Shown here piece by piece: positions 53,972 through 64,000 of a stretch of 64,000 bases of DNA. The notes beneath the pieces are model-generated. The model was not told the origin of the DNA and did no database searches. It saw only the letters and a program-made list of their open reading frames with translations. How positions within the stretch are numbered: position 1 is the first letter of the stretch; the number at the start of each line of letters is the position of its first letter. The translations under genes were made by a program, and so were the position numbers. The stretch lies in assembly GCA_051971635.1 (NCBI GenBank), contig JBFPLN010000001.1, forward strand, positions 32,001-96,000, in the 5' to 3' direction. The stretch is from Candidatus Atelocyanobacterium thalassae. Lineage in GTDB: Bacteria > Cyanobacteriota > Cyanobacteriia > Cyanobacteriales > Microcystaceae.

Positions 53972-54254
53972 AGGAAGTCGCGGCTAAAAATTATAAAATA
54001 GTTTTTATTTTAGGGCAGATAAAAAAATCGCTTTGAGATACTGGAGACATAAAACTTTAAGTCTTAGAGAGCAACGGTGATAAAGCCCAGTCCGTTTTGC
54101 GATGAGCAATGAATAATCATCGTTTCTTAATTGATACCACCAAAATTTGTATTAAGTGTGTATCCTTAAAGCAAACAGGATCCTCCTGTATATGTTTGGA
54201 ACGATTAATTCTGTTCCAAGCAATATTGTTGTCTAGTTCATAGAGGAAAAAACC

Positions 54255-54893
54255 GTGGCTATTGGTCTTCTCGGTACCAAACTCGGTATGACCCAAATAT
54301 TCGATGATGAAACAGGACTTGCCATCCCTGTAACTATCATGAAAGTAGGTCCTTGTACCATTACCCAAATCAAAACATCCGACACTGATGGCTATAGTGC
54401 TATTCAAATCGGTTATTCAGAAGTTAAAGAAAAGGCTTTAGTTAAACCAGAGCTAGGTCACCTAAAAAAGGCTGGTGCTTTACCTCTACGTCACCTTAAG
54501 GAATATCGTGTTGACGATACACAATCTTATCAGCTAGGAGAAACAGTTAATGTTAATCTTTTTAATGCGGGTGACTTAGTAGATATTACAGGAACATCCA
54601 TGGGGAGAGGTTTTGCTGGATATCAAAAGCGTCACAATTTTAAACGTGGCAATATGACTCATGGTTCGAAAAGTCATCGATTACCTGGTTCTACCGGGGC
54701 AGGAACGACTCCTGGAAGAGTTTATCCTGGTAAAAAGATGGCCGGTCAGTATGGTGCTAGTCAAGTTACTACTCGTCATCTAAAAGTTGTTCAAGTAGAT
54801 GCTGAATGTAATCTTTTACTGATTAAAGGAGCTGTTCCTGGCAAGCCAGGAGGACTTCTAAGTATTATTCCAACTACAATTGTTGGTAAGTGA
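54255..54893 (+). CDS. rplC: 50S ribosomal protein L3
   Basis: [34 protein letters not shown]. Confidence 0.98.
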   Translation: MAIGLLGTKLGMTQIFDDETGLAIPVTIMKVGPCTITQIKTSDTDGYSAIQIGYSEVKEKALVKPELGHLKKAGALPLRHLKEYRVDDTQSYQLGETVNVNLFNAGDLVDITGTSMGRGFAGYQKRHNFKRGNMTHGSKSHRLPGSTGAGTTPGRVYPGKKMAGQYGASQVTTRHLKVVQVDAECNLLLIKGAVPGKPGGLLSIIPTTIVGK

Positions 54894-54932
54894 TCAAGAA
54901 CATTTCATTAAACGAAAAGCAAATCAAAAACA

Positions 54933-55565
54933 ATGGTTGATTGTAACGTTAAAAACTGGCAAGGCGAATCAGTGGGACAGGTTACTTTAGATTTAAAAGT
55001 AGCAAAAGAAGAAAATTCAGCCCACCTATTACACCGCGCAGTAGTCCGACATCTTGCTAATGCTCGTCAAGGTAATGCTTGTAGTAAAACAAGAGCAGAA
55101 GTAAGAGGTGGTGGTCGTAAGCCCTGGCGACAAAAAGGCACAGGGAGAGCTAGAGCAGGTTCCATTCGTTCTCCCTTGTGGCGAGGAGGTGGAGTTATTT
55201 TTGGCCCTAAGCCAAGAGACTTTAGCTTGAAAATGAATCGTAAAGAAAGACGATTAGCTTTAAGAACTGCTATCGGTAGTAGGATTGAAGATCTAATAGT
55301 AGTCAAAGATTTTATTGAGCAGCTTCCCGATCCAAAAACTAAAGAGTTTACTGCAGCATTAACTCGTTGGGGAGTAGAGCCTAGGAAAAAAGTAGCTTTA
55401 ATCCTTCTGGAAACGGATAATAATATCTACCTATCAGCACGTAATCTTTCATATGTAAAAATTTTACGAGCAGATAGTTTAAATATTTACGATTTACTTA
55501 ACGCAGACAAAATTATCATAACCTCTGAAGCTTTAGTGAAAATTCAGGAGGTTTACAATGACTAA
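54933..55565 (+). CDS. rplD: 50S ribosomal protein L4
   Basis: [15 protein letters not shown]. Confidence 0.98.
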   Translation: MVDCNVKNWQGESVGQVTLDLKVAKEENSAHLLHRAVVRHLANARQGNACSKTRAEVRGGGRKPWRQKGTGRARAGSIRSPLWRGGGVIFGPKPRDFSLKMNRKERRLALRTAIGSRIEDLIVVKDFIEQLPDPKTKEFTAALTRWGVEPRKKVALILLETDNNIYLSARNLSYVKILRADSLNIYDLLNADKIIITSEALVKIQEVYND

Positions 55566-55866
55566 AAATAAATACAATCCTCGTCATTTAGCGGATTTAA
55601 TACTTAAGCCTATTATTACGGAAAAAGCTACCACGCTTTTAGAGCAAAATAAATATGTTTTTAATGTATTGCCTAAAGCTACCAAGCCCGAAATCAAGGC
55701 TGCAATCGAAAGTCTATTTGATGTTAAGGTAGTTGGGGTTAATACTATCCTTCCTCCACGGAAAAAACGACGTGTTGGTAAATTTATTGGTCATAAATCT
55801 TTGTATAAACGAGCGATTGTGACCTTAGAAGAAGGAAATACAATTAATTTGTTTCCTGATACATAA
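55558..55866 (+). CDS. rplW: 50S ribosomal protein L23
   Basis: PIITEKA, KRAIVTL; operon position. Confidence 0.97.
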   Translation: MTKNKYNPRHLADLILKPIITEKATTLLEQNKYVFNVLPKATKPEIKAAIESLFDVKVVGVNTILPPRKKRRVGKFIGHKSLYKRAIVTLEEGNTINLFPDT

Positions 55867-55918
55867 CCTGGCATGACCAGGGAACCTTCATTAAAAGAAA
55901 AAACCTGAGAGATAATCA

Positions 55919-56746
55919 ATGGGTATTCGTTCCTATCGTCCGTACACTCCCGGAACCAGACAGGCATCTGTTTCAGATTTCGCTGAAATCACAAAACGTA
56001 AGCCTGAAAAATCATTAACTAAGTATAAGCACAACAAAAAAGGACGTAATAACCGTGGTGTTATTACTAGTCGCCACCGTGGTGGTGGACATAAGCGCCT
56101 TTATAGGATTATAGATTTTAGGCGGGATAAGTATGACATTCCCGCAAAAGTTGTTGCTATTGAATATGATCCTAATCGTAACGCTCGTATTGCTCTTCTA
56201 TTTTATCAAGATGGAGAAAAGCGTTACATTCTAGCCCCTGTAGGGGTTACAGTAGGCGCAACTGTAATATCTGGAGAAAACTCTCCTTACGAAATTGGTA
56301 ACGCTTTGCCACTATATAGAATTCCTTTAGGCTCAGAAATACATAATGTAGAACTGACACCTGGGAAAGGTGGACAAATGGTTCGCTCAGCAGGAGCTGT
56401 AGCCCAGCTTGTAGCTAAAGATGGAAATTATGTAACTTTAAAGTTACCTTCCAAAGAAGTGCGTATGGTACGTAAAGAATGCTATGCCACCATGGGGCGT
56501 GTAGGGAATATTGAAGCTAGAAATATTACCTTGGGCAAAGCTGGAAGAACAAGACATTTGGGGCGAAGACCTCATGTTCGGGGAAGTGTTATGAACCCGG
56601 TAGATCATCCACACGGCGGCGGAGAGGGACGTGCTCCCATTGGGAGAAGCGGGCCAATGACTCCTTGGGGTAAACCTGCTCTAGGAGCGAAAACTCGCAA
56701 TAAGAACAAAGCTAGCTCACGTCTTATAATACGTCGTCGCCGTTAA
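55919..56746 (+). CDS. rplB: 50S ribosomal protein L2
   Basis: [23 protein letters not shown]. Confidence 0.98.
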   Translation: MGIRSYRPYTPGTRQASVSDFAEITKRKPEKSLTKYKHNKKGRNNRGVITSRHRGGGHKRLYRIIDFRRDKYDIPAKVVAIEYDPNRNARIALLFYQDGEKRYILAPVGVTVGATVISGENSPYEIGNALPLYRIPLGSEIHNVELTPGKGGQMVRSAGAVAQLVAKDGNYVTLKLPSKEVRMVRKECYATMGRVGNIEARNITLGKAGRTRHLGRRPHVRGSVMNPVDHPHGGGEGRAPIGRSGPMTPWGKPALGAKTRNKNKASSRLIIRRRR

Positions 56747-56773
56747 AATATCCACCTTGTTAAATTCTTACTT

Positions 56774-57055
56774 ATGAGTCGTTCTCTAAAAAAAGGTCCA
56801 TTTATTTCAGATAGTCTCTTGACTAAAATCGAAAAACTCAATGAGAAAGGAGATAAGCAGGTTATTAAGACCTGGTCAAGAGCTTCAACAATAGTTCCCG
56901 TTATGATTGGCCATACAATTGCTGTACATAATGGAAAGCAACATATTCCTGTTTTTATCTCAGAACAAATGGTTGGCCATAAATTAGGAGAATTTTCTCC
57001 TACTCGTACTTTTAGAGGACATGCTAAAAGTGATAAAAAATCGGGTCGCCGATAA
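56774..57055 (+). CDS. rpsS: 30S ribosomal protein S19
   Basis: [19 protein letters not shown]. Confidence 0.98.
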   Translation: MSRSLKKGPFISDSLLTKIEKLNEKGDKQVIKTWSRASTIVPVMIGHTIAVHNGKQHIPVFISEQMVGHKLGEFSPTRTFRGHAKSDKKSGRR

Positions 57056-57089
57056 AACACAGTAAAAGTTATTCATAGAACTAATAATC

Positions 57090-57452
57090 ATGGCACTTGA
57101 CATGACAACAGAGGCTAAAGCCATATCTAAATACATACGAATGTCTCCGTTTAAGGTGAGACGCGTATTGGACCAGGTTCGTGGGCGTTCTTATCGAGAA
57201 GCTCTCATTATTCTTGAATTTATGCCTTATAGAGCCTGCGAACCAATTATTAAACTTTTACGTTCTGCTGTTGCTAACGCTGAACATAATAAAGGTCTTG
57301 ATCCAGCAACTTTATTTGTTAGTAAAGCTTATGCTGATGGGGGACCAAGTTTAAAAAGGTTCCGTCCCAGAGCTCAGGGACGTGCTTATCAAATTCGTAA
57401 ACCTACATGTCATATAACCATTGCAGTTGCATCTGATGTGGAATCAAAATGA
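57090..57452 (+). CDS. rplV: 50S ribosomal protein L22
   Basis: [17 protein letters not shown]. Confidence 0.98.
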   Translation: MALDMTTEAKAISKYIRMSPFKVRRVLDQVRGRSYREALIILEFMPYRACEPIIKLLRSAVANAEHNKGLDPATLFVSKAYADGGPSLKRFRPRAQGRAYQIRKPTCHITIAVASDVESK

Positions 57453-57484
57453 TATGTATTTCTAAAAACTAGCCAAGAAAACAT

Positions 57485-58207
57485 ATGGGACAAAAAATAC
57501 ATCCAATTGGTTTTCGTTTAGGTATTACCAAGGAACATAAATCTCGTTGGTATGCTGATAAAAGACGTTATCCAGAATTATTGAAAGAAGACCTGGCTGT
57601 TAGACAACATGTTGAAAAAAACCTTAGCAATGCTGGTATAGCTGACATTCGAATAGAACGTAAAGCTGATCAAATTGACTTAGCAATTCATACTGCCCGT
57701 CCTGGAGTCGTAGTAGGAAGGGGTGGTAGCGGAATTGAGCAATTAAGAACTGCTCTCCAAAAGACTTTAGGAGAAAATCGTCAAATTCGGATTAATGTTA
57801 TTGAAGTATCTAAAGTTGATGCAGATGCTGCGTTAATTGCCGAATATATTACCCAGCAGCTGGAACGTAGGGTTTCTTTTCGTCGAGTAGTTAGACAAGC
57901 TATTCAAAGGGCTCAAAGAGCCGAAGTTAAAGGTATAAAAATTCAAGTTGGGGGACGCCTTAACGGAGCTGAAATTGCTAGAACTGAGTGGGTGAGAGAA
58001 GGACGTGTTCCTCTTCATACTCTCAGAGCAGATATCGATTATTCATATCGAACTGCACAAACAATTTACGGTATCTTGGGAGTCAAAGTGTGGGTTTTCA
58101 AAGGAGAGATAATTCCGGGACAGGAAGAGCAAGATGTAACTTCTACTGCTCCAACTCCTAAGCGTAATCGTCGAAAGCAATTTGAAGACCGTTCCAATGA
58201 AGAATAG
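57485..58207 (+). CDS. rpsC: 30S ribosomal protein S3
   Basis: [26 protein letters not shown]. Confidence 0.98.
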   Translation: MGQKIHPIGFRLGITKEHKSRWYADKRRYPELLKEDLAVRQHVEKNLSNAGIADIRIERKADQIDLAIHTARPGVVVGRGGSGIEQLRTALQKTLGENRQIRINVIEVSKVDADAALIAEYITQQLERRVSFRRVVRQAIQRAQRAEVKGIKIQVGGRLNGAEIARTEWVREGRVPLHTLRADIDYSYRTAQTIYGILGVKVWVFKGEIIPGQEEQDVTSTAPTPKRNRRKQFEDRSNEE

Positions 58208-58244
58208 TTAAGACTATTAGTTTAAAAGTTATTATTGACTGTAA

Positions 58245-58664
58245 ATGTTAAGTCCTAAAAGAACGAAATTTCGAAAGCAGCAACGAGGCAGAATGAGAGG
58301 TCTGGCCTATAGAGGTAGTACTCTCAATTTTGGAGAATATGCTCTTCAAGCTATTGAGCCTTGTTGGATTACTGCACGTCAAATAGAAGCTGCTCGTCGT
58401 GCTATGACTCGTTACATACGTAGAGGCGGAAAAATTTGGATTCGAATTTTTCCAGATAAGCCCGTTACCATGCGTGCGGCAGAAACCCGTATGGGTTCAG
58501 GAAAAGGATCTCCAGAATATTGGGTTGCTGTAGTCAAGCCAGGACGTATTATGTTTGAACTTTCTGGAGTGACTGAATCTATCGCTCGTGAAGCTATGCG
58601 CCTTGCTGCACAGAAGCTTCCTATCAAAACAAAGTTCATAACTAGTCAAGAGGAATATAATTAA
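58245..58664 (+). CDS. rplP: 50S ribosomal protein L16
   Basis: [19 protein letters not shown]. Confidence 0.98.
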   Translation: MLSPKRTKFRKQQRGRMRGLAYRGSTLNFGEYALQAIEPCWITARQIEAARRAMTRYIRRGGKIWIRIFPDKPVTMRAAETRMGSGKGSPEYWVAVVKPGRIMFELSGVTESIAREAMRLAAQKLPIKTKFITSQEEYN

Positions 58665-58665
58665 T

Positions 58666-58902
58666 ATGTCCTTACCTAAGATAGCGGAAGCTCGAAATCT
58701 TAATGATCAAGATTTGGCAGAAGAAATTCTAGCTGCTAAAAAAAAGCTTTTTGATTTAAGATTTCAGCAAGCTACCCGTCAACTTGAAAAAACTCACGAG
58801 TTTAAGCATACTCGTCATCGAATTGCTCAACTATTCACAGTTGAGAGAGAACGCCAACTTGGTAAAAACAATTCTGAATCAACTCCATTTAAAGAGGAAT
58901 AA
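58666..58902 (+). CDS. rpmC: 50S ribosomal protein L29
   Basis: [13 protein letters not shown]; operon position. Confidence 0.95.
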   Translation: MSLPKIAEARNLNDQDLAEEILAAKKKLFDLRFQQATRQLEKTHEFKHTRHRIAQLFTVERERQLGKNNSESTPFKEE

Positions 58903-58909
58903 CTTAGTT

Positions 58910-59152
58910 ATGGCAGTAAAAGAAAAAGTTGGAGTAGTAGTTAGTACTCAAATGGATAAAACCATTGTGGTAGCAGTAGAAAACCGTTCTCCTCATCCGA
59001 AGTACGGGAAGATTATTGTAAAGACCAAAAAATTTAAAGCTCATGACCAAGACAATAAATGTCAGAAAGGGGATAGAGTCCGTATTCAAGAGACTAGGCC
59101 CCTAAGTAAGACAAAACGATGGGTCATGACTGAAATTTTAACCTCTCATTAA
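58910..59152 (+). CDS. rpsQ: 30S ribosomal protein S17
   Basis: Start at the ATG at 58910 (MAVKEKVG); [18 protein letters not shown]. Confidence 0.97.
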   Translation: MAVKEKVGVVVSTQMDKTIVVAVENRSPHPKYGKIIVKTKKFKAHDQDNKCQKGDRVRIQETRPLSKTKRWVMTEILTSH

Positions 59153-59170
59153 ATCACTTAGGTTAATATC

Positions 59171-59539
59171 GTGATTCAACAGCAAACTTATCTTAATGTC
59201 GCCGACAACAGCGGAGCTCGTAAATTAATGTGCTTGCGTGTTTTGGGAACCGGAAATTGCCGATATGGGGCAATTGGTGATCAAATCGTTGCCGTCGTCA
59301 AAGACGCTATACCAAACATGCCCGTTAAACGTTCTGATATTGTTAAAGCAGTTATCGTACGAACTCGTCAAGCCATTAACCGCGAGAATGGAATGAGTAT
59401 CCGTTTCGATGATAACGCTGCCGTAATAATAAATGCAGATGGTAATCCTAAAGGAACTCGTGTTTTTGGCCCTGTGGCAAGAGAACTACGAGATAAAAGT
59501 TATACGAAGATTGTTTCTTTGGCACCGGAGGTACTCTGA
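59171..59539 (+). CDS. rplN: 50S ribosomal protein L14
   Basis: [19 protein letters not shown]. Confidence 0.98.
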   Translation: MIQQQTYLNVADNSGARKLMCLRVLGTGNCRYGAIGDQIVAVVKDAIPNMPVKRSDIVKAVIVRTRQAINRENGMSIRFDDNAAVIINADGNPKGTRVFGPVARELRDKSYTKIVSLAPEVL

Positions 59540-59883
59540 TGAATAAAAAAAATCAACCGAAACGTTATAAAATGCACGTTAAAGTTGGAGATAGCATACA
59601 AGTAATTTCCGGAAAGGATAAAGGTAAAATAGGAGAAATTATAAAAATTTTTCCTAAGAGTAGCCAAGTTATCATCAAAGGTACTAACGTTAAAACTAAA
59701 CACGTTAAGCCCCAACAAGAGGGAGAGTCTGGCCAAATTACTACATTTGAAGCTCCTATCCACAGCTCTAGCGTAATGCTGTATTCTACCAAAAAGCAAG
59801 TAGCAAGTCGTATTAATTACACTTTCAATGAGGCAGGTAAGAAGGTACGTATTCTAAAAAAAACAGGAGAAATTATCGACTAA
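59539..59883 (+). CDS. rplX: 50S ribosomal protein L24
   Basis: KOW motif [21 protein letters not shown]. Confidence 0.97.
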   Translation: MNKKNQPKRYKMHVKVGDSIQVISGKDKGKIGEIIKIFPKSSQVIIKGTNVKTKHVKPQQEGESGQITTFEAPIHSSSVMLYSTKKQVASRINYTFNEAGKKVRILKKTGEIID

Positions 59884-59953
59884 ATCGATACTTTCTAGAC
59901 AATAATTAACACTTATTTCACTCTGACAAAGCCCAGAGATAGAGAAAGATATT

Positions 59954-60499
59954 ATGGTTCAATCTAGACTAAAAACTATTTATCAGGAAACTATTGTAGG
60001 TAAACTAAGACAACAGTTTAACTATACTAATATCCATCAAGTTCCCAAGCTCTCTAAAGTTACTATTAATAGAGGTTTAGGAGAAGCATCACAAAATGCT
60101 AAAGCTCTGGAATCTTCTATTCGTGAATTCGAAACTATAACTGGTCAACGACCAATTATAACCCGTGCGAAAACAGCAATTGCAGGGTTTAAGATTCGCG
60201 AAGGAATGCCAGTAGGGGTTATGGTAACATTGCGTTCTGATAAAATGTATGCTTTTCTTGATCGACTAATTAATATAGCTTTACCTAGGATTAGAGACTT
60301 TAGAGGCATTAGTCCAAAAAGTTTCGATGGAAGAGGTAACTATAGCCTTGGTATTCGAGAACAACTCATTTTCCCAGAAATTGATTATGACACCATTGAT
60401 CAAATTCGAGGTATGGATGTTTCTATTATTACCACTGCCCAGACTGATGAAGAAGGGCGTGCGTTATTAAAAGAAATGGGAATGCCCTTCCGTACCTAG
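59954..60499 (+). CDS. rplE: 50S ribosomal protein L5
   Basis: [15 protein letters not shown]. Confidence 0.98.
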   Translation: MVQSRLKTIYQETIVGKLRQQFNYTNIHQVPKLSKVTINRGLGEASQNAKALESSIREFETITGQRPIITRAKTAIAGFKIREGMPVGVMVTLRSDKMYAFLDRLINIALPRIRDFRGISPKSFDGRGNYSLGIREQLIFPEIDYDTIDQIRGMDVSIITTAQTDEEGRALLKEMGMPFRT

Positions 60500-60536
60500 T
60501 AATCCTTTAGTTTACAGGAGAAACTCATCAGCAATA

Positions 60537-60938
60537 ATGGCACCTAACGATACTATCTCAGATATGTTAACCCGTATTCGCAACGCTTGTGCGGTACGAC
60601 ATGCAACAACAAAAGTTCCCACAACAAGAATGACTCGAAGTATTGCTCTAGTTCTTAAAGAAGAGGGCTTTATACAAAACTTTGAAGAAGTGGGAGAAGG
60701 TGTAAAGAAACACCTTGTTATTTCTCTTAAATATAAGGCAAGAGGTCGTCAACCTATTATTAATACATTACGTCGGGTTAGTAAACCTGGACTAAGAGTA
60801 TACTCTAATCGGAAAGATTTACCTCGTGTACTTGGGGGTATTGGCGTTGCCATTATTTCCACTTCCAAAGGAATTATGACAGATAGAGAAGCACGCCGCC
60901 AAAACGTCGGTGGTGAAATTTTATGCTACATCTGGTAG
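60537..60938 (+). CDS. rpsH: 30S ribosomal protein S8
   Basis: [23 protein letters not shown]. Confidence 0.98.
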   Translation: MAPNDTISDMLTRIRNACAVRHATTKVPTTRMTRSIALVLKEEGFIQNFEEVGEGVKKHLVISLKYKARGRQPIINTLRRVSKPGLRVYSNRKDLPRVLGGIGVAIISTSKGIMTDREARRQNVGGEILCYIW

Positions 60939-61010
60939 TAATAAAATTAGTGACTATCTTTAATCTTGAATAGTATTTAACCTATAAATAATTACTGAAA
61001 ACGTAAAACA

Positions 61011-61550
61011 ATGTCTCGTATTGGTAAACGCCCAATTACATTACCTAACAAAGTTACTATTGACATTAAAGGTCAATACGTTACTGTAAAAGGTCCTAAA
61101 GGATCTTTAGAACGTGAACTCCCCTCTAGAGTACAACTCAGTAAAGATGGGGAAACTCTCCTACTTCAAAGACAAGATGATTCTCGTATCTCCCGCGAAC
61201 GTCATGGGTTATGCCGTACTTTAGTAGCCAATATGGTTCATGGAGTATCAACAGGATTTGAAAAACGTCTTAGTATTCAAGGAGTAGGATATCGTGCCCA
61301 AGCAAAAGGTACTAAATTGACTCTTAATGTTGGTTATAGTAAGCCAGTCGAAATAACTATGCCTGATGGTATTAGTGTTGCTGTTGAAAATAATACACTT
61401 GTTATAATCAGCGGCATTGATAAGGAAGTGGTCGGAAATATAGCTGCTAAGATCAGAGCAGTTAGGCCCCCAGAGCCTTATAAGGGTAAAGGTATTCGTT
61501 ATCTTAATGAGTTTGTCGTTCGTAAGGCAGGTAAGTCAGGTAAGAAGTAA
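61011..61550 (+). CDS. rplF: 50S ribosomal protein L6
   Basis: [17 protein letters not shown]. Confidence 0.98.
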   Translation: MSRIGKRPITLPNKVTIDIKGQYVTVKGPKGSLERELPSRVQLSKDGETLLLQRQDDSRISRERHGLCRTLVANMVHGVSTGFEKRLSIQGVGYRAQAKGTKLTLNVGYSKPVEITMPDGISVAVENNTLVIISGIDKEVVGNIAAKIRAVRPPEPYKGKGIRYLNEFVVRKAGKSGKK

Positions 61551-61552
61551 TT

Positions 61553-61912
61553 ATGAAGCTCACACGAAGAGAATCTTTAAAACGTCGTCATCGACGCATT
61601 CGGAAAAAAGTTAGTGGAACATCAAGCTGTCCTCGCTTAGCTGTCTTCCGTTCTAATCAACATATTTATGCCCAAATAATCGATGATGTAGAACAGCATA
61701 CACTAGTAGCTGCTTCCACTCTAGAGCCAGGGCTTAAAGATTTAGTATCAAGCTCCAGTTGCGAGGCATCGTCGGCAGTAGGCAAACTAGTTGCTGAACG
61801 ATTAATTGCAAAAGGAATTGAAAAAGTCGTCTTTGACAGAGGTGGTAATCTTTACCACGGAAGAGTCAAGGCTTTGGCTGAAGCTGCCCGTGAAGCAGGA
61901 TTGAAATTCTAA
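61553..61912 (+). CDS. rplR: 50S ribosomal protein L18
   Basis: [26 protein letters not shown]. Confidence 0.98.
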   Translation: MKLTRRESLKRRHRRIRKKVSGTSSCPRLAVFRSNQHIYAQIIDDVEQHTLVAASTLEPGLKDLVSSSSCEASSAVGKLVAERLIAKGIEKVVFDRGGNLYHGRVKALAEAAREAGLKF

Positions 61913-61951
61913 TTAAAAGCATTAATATCTTTACACTAAGCAGTAAGAACT

Positions 61952-62473
61952 ATGGCAAAAAATCGTAAAAACAACAGAGATAAAGCTAAAGAGACTAACT
62001 GGCAAGAACGAGTTATTCAGATTCGTAGAGTCAGTAAAGTTGTTAAAGGAGGAAAAAAGCTTAGCTTTCGTGCAGTTGTTGTCATTGGTAATGAAAAAGG
62101 ACAAGTAGGTGTTGGAGTTGGTAAAGCTGGAGACGTTATCGGAGCAGTTCGAAAAGGAGTTGCAGACGGTAAAAAACAACTTGTCGATGTCTCGATCACA
62201 AAGTCTAGCTCTATTACTCACATAACACAAGGTGTTGCTGGGGGAGCAAAAGTTATTGTACGTCCAGCAGCTCCTGGTACTGGAGTAATTGCTGGTGGTG
62301 CTGTAAGAACAGTTTTAGAATTAGTCGGACTTAAAAACATTCTGGCTAAACAGTTGGGTTCTAACAATCCTCTTAACAATGCAAGAGCTGCTGTAGATGC
62401 ACTTGAGGGATTAAGAACATTATCAGAAGTTGCACAAGAAAGGGACGTTCCTTTAGAGCATCTTTATGCCTAA
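61952..62473 (+). CDS. rpsE: 30S ribosomal protein S5
   Basis: [18 protein letters not shown]. Confidence 0.98.
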   Translation: MAKNRKNNRDKAKETNWQERVIQIRRVSKVVKGGKKLSFRAVVVIGNEKGQVGVGVGKAGDVIGAVRKGVADGKKQLVDVSITKSSSITHITQGVAGGAKVIVRPAAPGTGVIAGGAVRTVLELVGLKNILAKQLGSNNPLNNARAAVDALEGLRTLSEVAQERDVPLEHLYA

Positions 62474-62508
62474 CTCTAGTTTTGTAATTATTAATCTTAA
62501 TAAATCTC

Positions 62509-62973
62509 ATGAGAATTCATAATCTTAGTCCTAAAGAAGGATCAACAAAACGTCGTCGCCGTGTAGGTAGAGGTATTTCTGCTGGCCAAGGTGCAAGTGG
62601 CGGTTTTGGAATGCGAGGTCAAAAATCTCGTTCAGGAACAGGTACCAAAGCAGGGTTCGAAGGGGGACAAATGCCTCTCTATCGTAGGGTCCCAAAATTA
62701 AAGCACTTTCCTTTAGTTAATCCCAGCAAATTTACTATTATTAACATTAACAAACTAAATACTCTAGTAGCTAATAGCGAAGTAGATTTAGATAGTTTAA
62801 TGGAAAAGGGGATAGTAACTAGTAATGATGGTCCGCTAAAAATATTAGGTCATGGAGAGTTAAATGTTGCCCTAATAGTTAAAGCAGCTGCGTTTACCAA
62901 ATCTGCTCAAAGAAAAATTGAAAGTGCTGGCGGAACCTGCGAAAGTACATCAAACATAACAACTGATACATAA
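62509..62973 (+). CDS. rplO: 50S ribosomal protein L15
   Basis: [20 protein letters not shown]. Confidence 0.98.
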   Translation: MRIHNLSPKEGSTKRRRRVGRGISAGQGASGGFGMRGQKSRSGTGTKAGFEGGQMPLYRRVPKLKHFPLVNPSKFTIININKLNTLVANSEVDLDSLMEKGIVTSNDGPLKILGHGELNVALIVKAAAFTKSAQRKIESAGGTCESTSNITTDT

Positions 62974-62998
62974 TCGTTGATAAGCTAGGTTATTACAC

Positions 62999-64000
62999 AT
63001 GGTCGTCAGTCGAGACAAAACACCCACGGCACAAGAAACGTTTCTGCAAATGGCTCAAGCAGCCGGATTACGGAGTCGTCTACTAATTACAGTTGGTCTG
63101 TTAACTTTAATTCGCTTTGGAATTTTTATCCCTATTCCTGGTATTGATAGAGAAAAGTTTATTGATGCTATTAGTAATAGTCCAGTTTTGGGATTTTTGG
63201 ATATCTTTACAGGTGGTGGTATTTCCACTTTAGGTTTTTTTGCTTTAGGGATACTTCCTTTTATTAATGCCTCTATTATCATGCAGTTATTAACTGCTGC
63301 AGTCCCATTCTTAGAGGATCTCCAAAAGAATGAAGGAGAAGCAGGGAGACGTAAAATTTCGCAAATAACTCGATATGTGGCTGCTGGATGGGCAGTAATA
63401 CAGAGTACTGCTATTACTATAGGTCTTTTACGAGAATATGCTTTGAGCAGTACATTTTGGTTTGTACCAGAAACTGTATTAGCATTAACAGCAGGGTCTA
63501 TGTTCGTAATGTGGGTATCAGAACTAATTACGGAAAGAGGAATTGGTAATGGTGCTTCCTTACTAATTTTTGTCAATATCGTAGCAAGTTTACCAAAAAC
63601 CCTAGGACAGACTATTGACTACGCTCAAACCGGAGGAAGACAAGCAATAGCACAAGTAATTATTTTATTGCTTGTTTTTCTGGTCATGATAGTAGGAATT
63701 GTCTTTGTTCAAGAAGGAACACGCCGTATTCCTATCATATCGGCCCGTCGTCAAGTAGGTCGCAAGTTATATAGAGAAAGAACAAGTTATCTACCTTTAA
63801 GGCTTAACCAAGGAGGTGTGATGCCTATTATCTTTGCATCAGCGGTTTTAATTCTACCTCAAAGTTTAATTGGTTTTCTTGGTAATGGAGGGGCACTTAG
63901 TGAAACTCTAATTAAAGTTACAAATGCTTTGAGGCCAGGTACTTGGTCTTATGTTGGTGTTTACTCTATTTTAATTCTATTTTTTAGCTATTTCTATGCT
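62999..64000 (+). CDS. secY: Preprotein translocase SecY (runs off the window end; not in the ORF track)
   Basis: My translation from the ATG at 62999: MVVSRDKTPTAQETFLQMAQAAGLRSRL..., later FALGILPFINASII, ITERGIGNGASL, NQGGVMPIIFA. Confidence 0.97.
   Translation, partial: MVVSRDKTPTAQETFLQMAQAAGLRSRLLITVGLLTLIRFGIFIPIPGIDREKFIDAISNSPVLGFLDIFTGGGISTLGFFALGILPFINASIIMQLLTAAVPFLEDLQKNEGEAGRRKISQITRYVAAGWAVIQSTAITIGLLREYALSSTFWFVPETVLALTAGSMFVMWVSELITERGIGNGASLLIFVNIVASLPKTLGQTIDYAQTGGRQAIAQVIILLLVFLVMIVGIVFVQEGTRRIPIISARRQVGRKLYRERTSYLPLRLNQGGVMPIIFASAVLILPQSLIGFLGNGGALSETLIKVTNALRPGTWSYVGVYSILILFFSYFYA

Noticed and set aside
58784..58909. N-terminal extension of rpsQ in the ORF track
   Set aside because: It overlaps rpmC; the true start is the ATG at 58910, preceded by a GAGG.
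54255..62973. Absence of rpsJ, rpsN and rpmD from the ribosomal protein cluster
   Set aside because: This is the normal cyanobacterial arrangement, not a lineage-specific loss.
2257..63576. Short ORFs overlapping real genes (for example 2257-2466, 7495-7719, 29809-30123, 49950-50270, 54117-54407, 56743-57060, 63055-63576)
   Set aside because: They are antisense shadows of conserved CDSs with no family motifs.
1..64000. CRISPR arrays, tRNA/rRNA genes, IS elements, prophage or defence systems
   Set aside because: I saw no regularly spaced direct repeats, tRNA T-loop signatures, transposases or defence-type ORFs.

Overview
AT-rich cyanobacterial chromosome segment made up almost entirely of housekeeping genes: ftsH, sir, mgtE, aroC, dapL, zam/RNase R-like, tilS, ccsA, ruvB, nadD, nadE, hpnA, trmD, clpS, a Cu P-type ATPase, holB, cikA, cobN, sodN-sodX, cbiB, cyAbrB, glmM, map, sugar ABC permeases, a Ca/Na antiporter and a Ycf45-like ATPase. 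It ends in the rplC-to-secY ribosomal protein cluster, with secY cut off by the window edge. The proteins are of Cyanothece/Crocosphaera type. Many spacers are long, very AT-rich and lack ORFs, several usual neighbour genes seem to be missing, and HIP1 sites are nearly absent. Together with Ni-SOD and a PSI accumulation factor, this suggests a reduced marine endosymbiont such as UCYN-A (Ca. Atelocyanobacterium, the nitroplast lineage); that assignment is an inference. I saw no tRNA, rRNA, CRISPR array or mobile element. The best candidates for something undescribed are non-coding: (1) a terminator/antiterminator/anti-antiterminator RNA switch upstream of the antiporter and sugar permease genes, (2) a long multi-hairpin leader after a near-consensus promoter upstream of rplC, and (3) a triplicated TAGT-N6-ACTA palindrome upstream of cbiB.
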